Assembly (NCBI GenBank): GCA_963797475.1
Contig: CAWCPR010000001.1
Location: forward strand, 53,284 to 117,283
DNA length: 64,000 bases
Source of the DNA: an uncultured Chloroflexia bacterium
GTDB taxonomy: Bacteria > Chloroflexota > Anaerolineae > Anaerolineales > UBA4823
Direction of reading: 5' to 3'
Of this stretch, positions 37,235-46,344 are shown one piece after another (position 1 is the first letter of the stretch; each line of letters begins with the position of its first letter). The notes below the pieces were generated by a model. That model ran no database searches. It saw nothing but the letters and a program-made list of their open reading frames with translations, and was not told where the DNA came from. The position numbers and the translations under genes are program-made.

Positions 37235-38701
37235 ATGGCGAAAATGGTAAAATCCAGCCAGGAGTGGACCATGAACGACCGGCTTTTCAGCATCAATCCC
37301 ATCGGTCTGATCGAGGCAAGCCCGGACGCATACTTTACAATCGACTTTAGCGGGAATATCAGCGGGGTCAACGCAGCGGCGGAAGCGCTCAGCGGCTATA
37401 CTCGGGCAGAATTATGCGGCACGGGCTTTCCGGACTATCTCAACGATCCCCAGCGAGCGCTCGAGGACTGCCGGGCCGCGGCCGCAGACGGGCTGGTCCG
37501 CGACGACAGCCTGGAACTCCGCCGCAAAGACGGGCGCTGCTTCCCAATCTCCATACACGGCTCCGTTTACCGCGACTGCGAGAGCCAAAATCAAAGCATT
37601 TTCATATCGGTGCGTGACCTGTCGGCGCTGAAAGCCCTGGAAACTCGCCTGCGGGAAAGGGAACGGCTCTACCGCACGATCGCCGATTCTTCCAGCAACT
37701 GGTCCTACCTGATTCGAGCCAGCGGAGAACCCACGTACGTCTCTCCGGCCTGCGAAACCATCTCCGGCTATACTCCCCAGGAATTTCAAAGGAACCCGGC
37801 CCTGTTTGAGACCATCCTGCACCCTGAAGATCGCCTGGCGCTGGGAGATCACCTGCGCGAATGCCGGGAAGCGACTCAGGAGTATCCGCTCGAGTTCCGC
37901 ATCTTCACCAAAAAGAAAGAGACCCGCTGGATATTGCACCACTGCCAGCCGCTCTTTTATTCGGATGGCTCCTTCATCGGACGCTGGATTACCAACCAGG
38001 ATATCACCCAGCGCAAACAGTCCGACCAGGAGCACCACCGGGCCGAGAAACGGCTGAACCAGTTGACCCAACAGCTCATCACCATCCAGGAGGCCGAGCG
38101 GACGCGGATCTCCCAGGATTTGCACGACGATATCGGCCAGGGGATGACCGACCTGCTCCTGCGCCTGAACGCCATCTACACCGGCGTCCCCCCCGAACAA
38201 GAAGACGTCCGCTCGCAGATCCGCGAGGCCGTGCAGAGCGTCGAAGCGCTGATGAACCAGGTGCGCCAGCTTGCCCACCAACTGCGCCCGCCTTCGTTGG
38301 ATTCGGTGCCCCTATCCAAAGCCCTCGAGTCGCTGTGCTCCTCCTTCGCTCAATTTTCGCATATTTACATCGATTACAGCAGCGACCAGGATCTCCCGCC
38401 GATCCCAGGCCCGCAATCGACCGCCCTCTACCGCCTGGTGCAAGAAGGCCTGAACAACGCCGTCAAGCACGCCACCCCTTCCTCCATCTGGATCAACCTG
38501 GATTACGTCGACGGGGAGGTGAGCCTCTCGCTGGAAGACAACGGGCGCGGCTTTTCGGAGACCAATAACCACAACGGGATGGGCCTATGGGGGCTGCAAG
38601 AACGGTTCCGGCTGCTGAACGGCGGGCTGGAGATCGAGTCTGCGCCCGGCAAGGGCACCCGGCTGTACGGCTATCTCCCCATGGCCAACCACAACCTGTG
38701 A
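37235..38701 (+). CDS. Sensor histidine kinase with two PAS domains, HisKA_3 and HATPase_c
   Basis: H-box ISQDLHDDIGQGMT, N-box GLNNAVKHA and G-box DNGRGF. Confidence 0.9.
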   Translation: MAKMVKSSQEWTMNDRLFSINPIGLIEASPDAYFTIDFSGNISGVNAAAEALSGYTRAELCGTGFPDYLNDPQRALEDCRAAAADGLVRDDSLELRRKDGRCFPISIHGSVYRDCESQNQSIFISVRDLSALKALETRLRERERLYRTIADSSSNWSYLIRASGEPTYVSPACETISGYTPQEFQRNPALFETILHPEDRLALGDHLRECREATQEYPLEFRIFTKKKETRWILHHCQPLFYSDGSFIGRWITNQDITQRKQSDQEHHRAEKRLNQLTQQLITIQEAERTRISQDLHDDIGQGMTDLLLRLNAIYTGVPPEQEDVRSQIREAVQSVEALMNQVRQLAHQLRPPSLDSVPLSKALESLCSSFAQFSHIYIDYSSDQDLPPIPGPQSTALYRLVQEGLNNAVKHATPSSIWINLDYVDGEVSLSLEDNGRGFSETNNHNGMGLWGLQERFRLLNGGLEIESAPGKGTRLYGYLPMANHNL

Positions 38702-38704
38702 GGC

Positions 38705-39355
38705 ATGCCTGTGATCCGCGTCGTCGTCGCTGATGATCATAACCTGGTCCGCCAGGGAATTTGCCGGCTGTTGGAAGACACCGGCGAGATCCAGGTGATC
38801 GGCGAGGCCGACAACGGCATGGACGCGCTGAAGCTGACCCGCCTGTTGAACCCGGACGTGCTCATCCTGGATATCTCCATGTCGCCGATGAACGGCCTGG
38901 ATACCCTGGGGCAGGCCAAAGCGTTGAGACCCAGCCCAAACGTGGTCATGCTCTCCATGCACGCCGACCTGGGTGTGGTCCAGCAGGCGCTCCAATCTGG
39001 GGCTTTGGGGTATGTCCTCAAACAGGCGGTCGCCGGCGAGCTGCTGGCAGCCGTCCGGGCGGTCAGCAGCGGCAGCGTTTACCTGAGCGCGGGCGTCTCC
39101 CAGGTCCTGAGCGAGATGTTCCTGGATGAGCGCACGCCCGGCCTTTTGGACCGCCTTTCGCCGCGCGAGCGCGAAGTCGTTCAAATGATCGTAGAAGGGT
39201 TATCCACGCGCGAAATTTCGGAACGCCTGCACAGCAGCATCAAGACGGTGGAGAAGCAGCGCCGGGACGCGATGCGCAAGCTGGAAGTGGAGAACCTGGC
39301 CAGCCTGGTGCGGGTGTGCCTGAACCTGGGCTTATTCACCGGTCCCAGCGTCTGA
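38705..39355 (+). CDS. NarL/LuxR-family response regulator
   Basis: REC domain (VVADDH, D at LILDISMSPMNG) plus LuxR HTH (LSPREREVVQMIVEGLSTREISERL). The start lies 4 nt after the kinase stop. Confidence 0.9.
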   Translation: MPVIRVVVADDHNLVRQGICRLLEDTGEIQVIGEADNGMDALKLTRLLNPDVLILDISMSPMNGLDTLGQAKALRPSPNVVMLSMHADLGVVQQALQSGALGYVLKQAVAGELLAAVRAVSSGSVYLSAGVSQVLSEMFLDERTPGLLDRLSPREREVVQMIVEGLSTREISERLHSSIKTVEKQRRDAMRKLEVENLASLVRVCLNLGLFTGPSV

Positions 39356-39515
39356 ACCCCGGCTGCCGGGCAAGCATTAAGTATTTGGCGTATGGCGATA
39401 ATCCAAATCCCCCTATCCGATGGGGGTTTTTATTTCTTAACACGATCCGCTTCCTGATGGCGACCCCGGAAAATTGTGAAATAATCGTACCAAGAGCATT
39501 GTTCGCATCGCCGGT

Positions 39516-41045
39516 ATGTCGAAATACGTTGCCTCTATCCACCAAGGGACTCTCCTGACACGCTGTATGGTGTTCAGCCACAGCGGGCAGGTGGTCAGCG
39601 TATCCCAGCGCGAACACCGCCAGATTTACCTGCAGCCCGACCGGGTGGAGCACCGCCCGCTGGAGATTTGGGAATGCACCCAGTTCGTGGTCCGGGCCGC
39701 CCTGTCCAAATTAGACGTGCAGCCGGGGGATATCGCCGCGGTCGGCGTGTCCAACCAGCGCGAGACCAGCGTGGTTTGGAACCGGCGCACAGGCCATCCG
39801 TATTACAACGCCATCGTCTGGCAGGATACGCGCACGGAAACGATCTGCCAGGAGCTGGCTTCCGAAGGGGGCCGGGATCGCTTCCGGTCCAAATCCGGCT
39901 TACCCCTGACGACCCTGTTTTCTGGTCCGAAGCTTAAATGGATTCTCGACAACGTCAAAGGGGTGCGCCAGGCGGCCGATGATGGGGAGGCCATCTTCGG
40001 CACGATCGATAGCTGGTTGATCTGGTGGCTGACCGGCGGGCCGCAGGGCGGTACGCACGTCACGGATGTGACCAACGCCAGCCGGACATTGCTCATGAAC
40101 CTGAACACCCTGGACTGGGATGAGGAAATCCTCTCGATTTTTGGCATCCCGCGCGGCATGCTGCCGCGCATCGCGCCTTCCAGCGACCCGGGCACCTGGG
40201 GCACAACCTCCCGCAGCGGCCCGTTCGCGGATGCCATCCCGGTGTGCGGCGACCTGGGCGACCAGCAGGCCTCGCTCATCGGCCAGACCTGTTTCGAGGT
40301 CGGCGAAGCGAAAAATACGTACGGGATCGCCTGCTTCATGCTGCTCAACACGGGCACGCACCCAATCCCTTCCCACCGCGGCCTGCTGACCACCCTGGCT
40401 TACCAGTTTGGCGGCCAACCGGCAGTGTACGCCCTGGAAGGATCGATCGCCACCACCGGGGGATTGGTGCACTGGCTGCGCGATAACCTGGAGCTGATCG
40501 ACCGCTCCTCGGAAATCGAAGAGCTGGCCCAGATGGTGGAGGATAACGGCGGCCTGTACATCGTCCCGGCCTTCACCGGGTTGTTCGCCCCCTACTGGCG
40601 CTCGGATGCCCGCGGCGTGATCGTCGGCATGACCCGCTTCATTAATAAAGGCCACCTGGCGCGGGCTTGCATCGAAGCGATCGCCTACCAGACCCGGGAT
40701 GTGCTGGAGGCCATGGAACAGGACTCGGGCGCAAAGCTCAAGGCGCTCAAGGCGGATGGCAACATGGTCTATAACAACCTGCTCATGCAGTTCCAGGCCG
40801 ATATTTTGGGGGTGCCGGTTGTCCGCCCAGAAGTGGCCGAGACGGCCTCCCTGGGCTCGGCGTACGCGGCCGGGCTGGCGGTTGGGTTCTGGGACCCCGG
40901 GACTCCCAGCCACCCCTTTGAAGACCTGTACGAAAACTGGCAGGTGGATCGAGTTTGGCGTCCGAAAATGGACCCTGCAACCCGCCAGGGCCTGTATCAC
41001 GGCTGGCTGAAAGCCGTAGAAAGGACCTTTGATTGGATAACGTAA
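39516..41045 (+). CDS. glpK: Glycerol kinase (FGGY family)
   Basis: The motifs [27 protein letters not shown] and FGDQQA..GQ are typical of GlpK. Confidence 0.9.
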   Translation: MSKYVASIHQGTLLTRCMVFSHSGQVVSVSQREHRQIYLQPDRVEHRPLEIWECTQFVVRAALSKLDVQPGDIAAVGVSNQRETSVVWNRRTGHPYYNAIVWQDTRTETICQELASEGGRDRFRSKSGLPLTTLFSGPKLKWILDNVKGVRQAADDGEAIFGTIDSWLIWWLTGGPQGGTHVTDVTNASRTLLMNLNTLDWDEEILSIFGIPRGMLPRIAPSSDPGTWGTTSRSGPFADAIPVCGDLGDQQASLIGQTCFEVGEAKNTYGIACFMLLNTGTHPIPSHRGLLTTLAYQFGGQPAVYALEGSIATTGGLVHWLRDNLELIDRSSEIEELAQMVEDNGGLYIVPAFTGLFAPYWRSDARGVIVGMTRFINKGHLARACIEAIAYQTRDVLEAMEQDSGAKLKALKADGNMVYNNLLMQFQADILGVPVVRPEVAETASLGSAYAAGLAVGFWDPGTPSHPFEDLYENWQVDRVWRPKMDPATRQGLYHGWLKAVERTFDWIT

Positions 41046-41680
41046 TGGCCATCTCTCGCGATGATACGATTAAATGGATTCAGGCCAGCGCCTGGGCGAT
41101 CGCCGAGAATCGAGATTACCTGATCCAATTGAACTCGGTGATCGGGGACGCCGACCACGGCGAAAATATGGATCGCGGCTTTCGAGCCGTGATGGCCCGC
41201 ATGCCCGAAATCTCACACCAGGATATCGGAACGATCTTAAAAACGGTGGGGATGACCCTGCAATCCACGGTGGGCGGCGCGGTCGGGCCGCTGTACGGGA
41301 TCTTCTTTCTGCAGGCCGGCCGGATGGCCGCCGGGAAGATGGAGCTCAGCCTGGAGGATTGGTGTACAGCGCTGGAGGCGGCCCTGGACGGGGTGGTCCT
41401 GCGCGGCAACGCCGAACCGGGCGATAAAACCATGGTCGACGCGCTCATCCCGGCGGTGAGCGCTCTCAAGAGAGCCGCCGAAAAGAACCTGCCCCTGCGG
41501 CTGGCCCTGGTCCAGTCGGCCCAGGCGGCAAAAATGGGCATGGAGCAGACCACCCAGTTGGTGGCGCGCAAGGGCCGGGCCAGTTTCCTGGGGGAGCGCA
41601 GCGCCGGTCACCAGGACCCGGGCGCGACCTCCATGTTTCTCATTTTGCAGGCCGCCGCGGATACGTGGGTGAACAACTGA
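41033..41680 (+). CDS. dhaL: DAK2-domain protein (dihydroxyacetone kinase L-subunit-like)
   Basis: DhaL hallmark [17 protein letters not shown]. The start overlaps the glpK stop (coupled). Confidence 0.85.
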   Translation: MDNVMAISRDDTIKWIQASAWAIAENRDYLIQLNSVIGDADHGENMDRGFRAVMARMPEISHQDIGTILKTVGMTLQSTVGGAVGPLYGIFFLQAGRMAAGKMELSLEDWCTALEAALDGVVLRGNAEPGDKTMVDALIPAVSALKRAAEKNLPLRLALVQSAQAAKMGMEQTTQLVARKGRASFLGERSAGHQDPGATSMFLILQAAADTWVNN

Positions 41681-41689
41681 ATCCACGTT

Positions 41690-42230
41690 AGGATTGAATC
41701 CCCCTCATTCCCCCTTGAAAAGGGGGAGGCTTGGAATCCCCCTCGATCCCCCTTACTAAGGGGGACGTTTGGAATCCCCCCAAGGCGGTCACGCCGGGCA
41801 CAAGCTTGAATCCCCATACCCCCTTGAAAGGGCGACGTTTGAATCCACCAAGGCGGTCACACGCCGGGCACAAGCTTGGAATCCCCCTCAATCCCCCTTG
41901 CCAAGGGGGACGTTTGGAATCCCCCAAGGCGGTCACGCGTAGCATAGCCCCTTGTGGGCGACGGGCACAAGTCACACGCCGGGCACAAGCTTGGAATCCC
42001 CCTCGATCCCCCTTGCCAAGGGGGACGTTTGGAATCCCCCAAGGCGGTCACACGTAGCATAGCCCCTTGTGGGCGACGGGCACAAGTCACACGCCGGGCA
42101 CAAGCTTGGAATCCCCCTCGATCCCCCTTGCCAAGGGGGACGTTTGGAATTTCCCCAAGGCGGTCACGCGTAGCCCCTTGTGGGCGACGGGCACAAGGCC
42201 CTATACTACAATGCGCCGGGATGGTTTCAT
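41690..42230. repeat. Tandem array (~4 units of ~115-130 bp) of composite REP-like element containing CCCCCTTG..CAAGGGGG hairpins and GTAGCATAGCCCCTTGTGGGCGACGGGCACAAG modules
   Basis: Direct reading. The sub-motif family matches the arrays at 9470-9725 and 43620-43850. Confidence 0.8.
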
Positions 42231-42393
42231 CCGGGCGGACTGATGGTCGAGCCGCCTCAATTTTCCCATTAAGCCGTCAGGCGTTTATAATTAGCCCGTA
42301 TTGCCGGGCAGTGATTTTCAAACCGTGTTTGCCGGGCAATCCAACTTTTGTATTGACAGCCATTCAGATCAACAGTTTAAAGGAGGGAATTCG

Positions 42394-43620
42394 ATGCTTT
42401 ACGACATGGTTTTCGAAGGGGGTGGTGCAAAAGGGACGGTCTTCGTCGGGGCGATGCAGGAGCTGCAATCGCGCGGCCACACGCCGGGACGCTTGCTGGG
42501 CACGTCCGCCGGCTCGATCATGGCGGCTTTGCTGGCGGCCGGCTACCAAACCGACGAGATGCAGCAGGCCCTGACCGAAAAGCAAAACGGCCAGCCGGTC
42601 TTCCTGGGCTTCCTGCAGATCCCGCCCCCGCTCACGCAAGACCAGATCGCCCACAGCACGGTGCGCGACCTGCTCCGCAAAGTCGACGTAAAATTAATCC
42701 CCGATTTTCTGGAAAACCAACTGGACAACGCCATCGCCGAGGCCCTGGCGACCTCCAGCTACACCAACCGCATCTTTTCCTTTCTCGAGCTGGGCGGTTT
42801 TTACGCCGCCGACACCTTTTTGACCTGGTTAAAGGGCAAACTCAATTCCGGCATCTACCCCCTGGAGCGCGGCGCCCACAAAAAAGGCGAGCAGCGCAAT
42901 TTTGGGGACATGAACCTGGCCGAATTCTTCGAGGCGACCGGCGTGGATCTCTCCGTGGTAGCGGCCAACACCCGCGACCGGGAAATGCTGATCCTGAACC
43001 ACCGCACCGCGCCGGACCTGCCGGCCGCCTGGGCGGTGCGCATGTCGATGAGCCTGCCGCTAGTCTGGCAGGAAGTCGTCTGGCAGCCCGAATGGGGCAA
43101 GTATCGCGGCGTGGATATCAGCGGCTGTTCAGTGGTGGATGGCGGCCTGCTCTCGAACTTCCCCATCGAGCTGTTCCTCTCCAACCAGCCGCAGGTCACC
43201 GGGGTGATGGGCGATTTGGTCGCCGGCGAACAGAATGTGCTCGGTTTCCTCATCGACGAGACGATTGAAGTCCCCGGCGCTCCCCCGCTGGAAACGAAGG
43301 AAAATGCATTCCAGGTCAGCGAGCTGCGCCCGGTCAGCCGGGTGACCAACCTGGTCAATACGATGCTTCAGGCGCACGATAAAAACGTGATCGAATCTTT
43401 CGAGCGCTTCGTCATTCGATTGCCGGCGAAAGGGTTCGGCACGATCGAGTTTGGCATGAGCGACGAGCGCCGCAACGCGTTGATCGCGGCCGGGCGGCAA
43501 GCCACCGCGACTTACTTCGACCGCCTGGAAGCCGGAGCCTCCTTCGGTGTGGGCGAAGCCACGGATCCGGCGGTGTCGAGCGCGGCCGACCGCATCGCGG
43601 CGCGCATGCTGTCGCGCTGA
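42394..43620 (+). CDS. Patatin-like phospholipase family protein
   Basis: Oxyanion motif GGGAKG, nucleophile elbow GTSAGS and catalytic DGG (VVDGGLLSNFP). Start chosen at ATG 42394 with RBS AGGAGGG. Confidence 0.85.
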   Translation: MLYDMVFEGGGAKGTVFVGAMQELQSRGHTPGRLLGTSAGSIMAALLAAGYQTDEMQQALTEKQNGQPVFLGFLQIPPPLTQDQIAHSTVRDLLRKVDVKLIPDFLENQLDNAIAEALATSSYTNRIFSFLELGGFYAADTFLTWLKGKLNSGIYPLERGAHKKGEQRNFGDMNLAEFFEATGVDLSVVAANTRDREMLILNHRTAPDLPAAWAVRMSMSLPLVWQEVVWQPEWGKYRGVDISGCSVVDGGLLSNFPIELFLSNQPQVTGVMGDLVAGEQNVLGFLIDETIEVPGAPPLETKENAFQVSELRPVSRVTNLVNTMLQAHDKNVIESFERFVIRLPAKGFGTIEFGMSDERRNALIAAGRQATATYFDRLEAGASFGVGEATDPAVSSAADRIAARMLSR

Positions 43621-43850
43621 CGCCCACAAGGGGCTATGCTACCGAACTTGTGCCCGTTGTGCCCGTTCGCCCTGACGCCCGCAATGGGTTACCGAACCAT
43701 GGCGGCCATCCGCAACGCCGGGCGCATGCTGTCGCGCTGACGCCTCAAGTAGCCTAGGGCCTTGTGCCCGTTGTGCCCATTGTGCCCGTTCGCGCTGACG
43801 CCCACAAGGGGCTATGCTACCGAACCATGGCGGCAGTCCGCCACAGGCAT
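43620..43850. repeat. REP-like element array in inverted orientation, including a duplicated copy of the last ~25 nt of the patatin gene
   Basis: CGCCCACAAGGGGCTATGCTAC at 43620 and 43798. GCGCATGCTGTCGCGCTGACGCC is present at both 43597-43620 and 43716-43740. Confidence 0.75.
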
Positions 43851-44179
43851 TTATTTGGCGGTGGGCGAGGCGGGACTGCGCTGCGCCAGGGACTGCTGGT
43901 ACTTCTTCCAGCCCGGGCACCAGGTCGTGTGCCAGCGCCACAGCCGGGACATGAACGATTTCGGGTAGGGTAAAATCGGCCCTGGTCGGGTGGGCAGTCT
44001 CTTGGTTAGAATTCTCTAATTATTTGTGAAATATATCATAAAGTTAATATTGCTGAACTACAATAATAATCGTAAAAGGATTATTTGGATCGTATTTCGT
44101 TTCTTCTGCAAATTTAAGGGATGCGACCCTTGTAATTACAGGAAACGATTTACAGAACCTCATGTTGTAAAGGAGATTA

Positions 44180-44938
44180 GTGATGTCTACACTTACTGGT
44201 AAAGTAGCTCTGGTCACCGGCGCAGCTTCGGGCATTGGGCGCGCCACAGCGCAAGCTTATGCCCGCGAAGGCGCCAAAGTGGTTGTTTCAGATATCGATG
44301 CCAATGGTGGACGGGATACCGTGCAACTGATCGAAGAGGCTGGCGGCGATGCAACCTTCGTATATGCCAACGTCTCAAACCCAGCCGACTGCCAGGCTTT
44401 AGTAGAAAAGACGCTCGAAAAATACGGCCATCTGGATGTCGCCTGCAACAATGCCGGTATTGGCGGCGAATCCAATCTGACAGCCGACCTGTCGATCGAG
44501 GGCTGGCAGAAGGTGATTGGGATCAATCTATCGGGTGTGTTTTATTGTATGAAGTATGAAATACCCGCCATGCTGTCGAACAACGGCGGCTCGATCGTCA
44601 ACATGGACTCGATCCTTGGACAGGTTTCTTTTGCCAGCGCTGTTGCATATGTCGCTGCCAAGCATGGTGTGCTCGGTTTAACCCAAAATGCGGCTGTGGA
44701 ATATGCCTCCAAAGGGGTGCGTGTTAACGCCATCGGGCCTGGTTTCATCGAAACGCCGATGATCTCAGCGTTGGAGGAAGATCAGCAGACGAAACAAATG
44801 CTGGTTTCCCTGCATCCAATGGGGCGGCTGGGACAACCGGAAGAAGTCGCCGAGCTGGTCGTGTGGCTGAGCTCGGATAAAGCCTCCTTCGTCACCGGAT
44901 CCTATTACCCGGTAGATGGCGGTTATCTGGCGCGCTAA
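44180..44938 (+). CDS. SDR-family oxidoreductase
   Basis: Cofactor-binding TGAASGIGRA, NNAG and active-site YVAAKHGV. Confidence 0.9.
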   Translation: MMSTLTGKVALVTGAASGIGRATAQAYAREGAKVVVSDIDANGGRDTVQLIEEAGGDATFVYANVSNPADCQALVEKTLEKYGHLDVACNNAGIGGESNLTADLSIEGWQKVIGINLSGVFYCMKYEIPAMLSNNGGSIVNMDSILGQVSFASAVAYVAAKHGVLGLTQNAAVEYASKGVRVNAIGPGFIETPMISALEEDQQTKQMLVSLHPMGRLGQPEEVAELVVWLSSDKASFVTGSYYPVDGGYLAR

Positions 44939-44958
44939 CTCTGGCAGGTGTATGATTA

Positions 44959-45039
44959 GTGTTGGGCGCTTGTGGCGCATCACGCAATATGATGGAGAGT
45001 TGCGGCTACGCCGCAATCTCCAGAGATTCATCAAAATAG
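44959..45039 (+). repeat. Copy D of conserved bipartite motif, with a 25-nt hairpin insertion (GGAGAGTTGCGGCTACGCCGCAATCTCC) between the two conserved blocks
   Basis: Direct comparison with the other copies; it lies 70 nt upstream of the 45112 start. Confidence 0.7.
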
Positions 45040-45111
45040 GAAATTCGGGTTTCGGTTGGCAAACCGGAACCCCGGACCATCCAATTAGCCGATCACCTGA
45101 ACACCTGGACC

Positions 45112-46344
45112 ATGAAAGCCATCCAGTTCAACGCCACCATCCCGCGCTACGCCCTGGGCCTCGCCCTGAGGAAGCTCTACCCCCCACTGCTGTGGAGCGG
45201 GCTTTCGTGCACCTACAGCGCCCAGGCGCCCGAGCCGCGCCCCCCGGCCCGGATTGGGTGGTGGTACGCACACGCTACGGCGGCATTTGCGGCACCGACC
45301 TGGGCAGCATCCACCTGCACACCAGCCCGTACTATTCGCCTTTCTCATCCTTCCCGTTCACCTTCGGGCACGAGAACTGCGCGACCATCGCCCAGGCCGG
45401 CGAGCAGGCTGCAGAATGGGCCGAAGGCGAGCGGGTGGTGGTCGAGCCGCTGCTGTGGTGCCGGCCAGCGCGGCTTCAGCGATCTGTGCCGCTACTGCTC
45501 CGGCGGCGAGATCAACCGCTGCGAGCGCCAAACCGACGGCAGCCTGGCGCCCGGCCTGCTGACAGGCGCCTGCCGCGACACCGGCGGAAGCTGGAGCGAA
45601 TTCTTCCTGGCCCACCGGTCGCAGCTCTACCGCCTGCCGGATTCCATTAATGACGAAAACGCGCTGATGATCGAGCCGTTTGCCGTAGGGCTGCACGCTG
45701 CTTTGCAAAACTTTCCGGAAGATGATGAGTGTGTGCTGCTGGTCGGGGCCGGCGCAATCGGCCTGTGCACCCTGGCGGCGCTGCGCGCCCTGGGCTCGCA
45801 GGCCGAAATCCTGGTCCTGGCGCGCTACCCCTTCCAGGCCCGGGCGGCCGAGCGACTGGGCGCCAGCCGGGTGATCCAGGCCAGGGGCCGGCAGGCCTAT
45901 GAGGCCCTGGCGGCCCACACCGGGGCGCGCCTGCTGCAGCCGATCATCGGCAAGACCGTTTTTTACGGCGGCGTGGATCGCACCTTCGAGTGCGTCGGCA
46001 GCAATACCTCCCTGGACGACGCCCTGCGCCTGACGCGCAGCGGCGGGCATGTCGCCCTGGTGGGCGTGCCCGGCATCGCCAAAGGCGTGGATTGGACCGC
46101 GATCCTGGCCAAGGAGCTGAACGTGCGCGCCGCTTTCGCTTACCACCACGACGAGCGCTTCCAGGGCGAGCGCCTGCGCACGTACGATTTGGCCATTCGC
46201 CTGATGGCCGAGGGCAAAGTGGACTTGAGCTGGATGGTGACCCAGCGCTACGCGATAGACGACTATGCGCAGGCGCTCAATATGCTCTCCAGCCGGGCAA
46301 GTTCTCAGGCCATCCGGGCAGTTTTCGCTTTTCCGCCCGGGTGA
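45112..46344 (+). CDS. Zn-dependent medium-chain dehydrogenase/reductase (MDR), apparently disrupted by two compensating frameshifts (possible pseudogene or sequencing indels)
   Basis: Frame 1 reads MKAIQF... up to about 45240. The conserved PGPDWVVVRTRYGGICGTDL...GHENCA...GERVVVEPLLWC then reads in frame 3 (45241-45459). From about 45460 frame 1 resumes with C..C..C Zn-site and Rossmann motifs (LLVGAGAIGL). The first shift is at a C6 homopolymer. Confidence 0.6.
   Translation: MKAIQFNATIPRYALGLALRKLYPPLLWSGLSCTYSAQAPEPRPPARIGWWYAHATAAFAAPTWAASTCTPARTIRLSHPSRSPSGTRTARPSPRPASRLQNGPKASGWWSSRCCGAGQRGFSDLCRYCSGGEINRCERQTDGSLAPGLLTGACRDTGGSWSEFFLAHRSQLYRLPDSINDENALMIEPFAVGLHAALQNFPEDDECVLLVGAGAIGLCTLAALRALGSQAEILVLARYPFQARAAERLGASRVIQARGRQAYEALAAHTGARLLQPIIGKTVFYGGVDRTFECVGSNTSLDDALRLTRSGGHVALVGVPGIAKGVDWTAILAKELNVRAAFAYHHDERFQGERLRTYDLAIRLMAEGKVDLSWMVTQRYAIDDYAQALNMLSSRASSQAIRAVFAFPPG

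Noticed and set aside
41690-42230. Possible CRISPR array or rRNA/tRNA-like structured region
   Set aside because: Long units (over 110 bp) repeat head-to-tail without spacers. No tRNA-like T-arm (GTTCGAATCC-type) or rRNA signatures were seen.
46277-46344. 68-bp overlap of the convergent 3' ends of the MDR and GGDEF genes as a regulatory antisense feature
   Set aside because: The overlap only involves the non-domain tail of the GGDEF protein. Given frameshift issues in the MDR gene, the overlap may be an artefact, and there is no further evidence.
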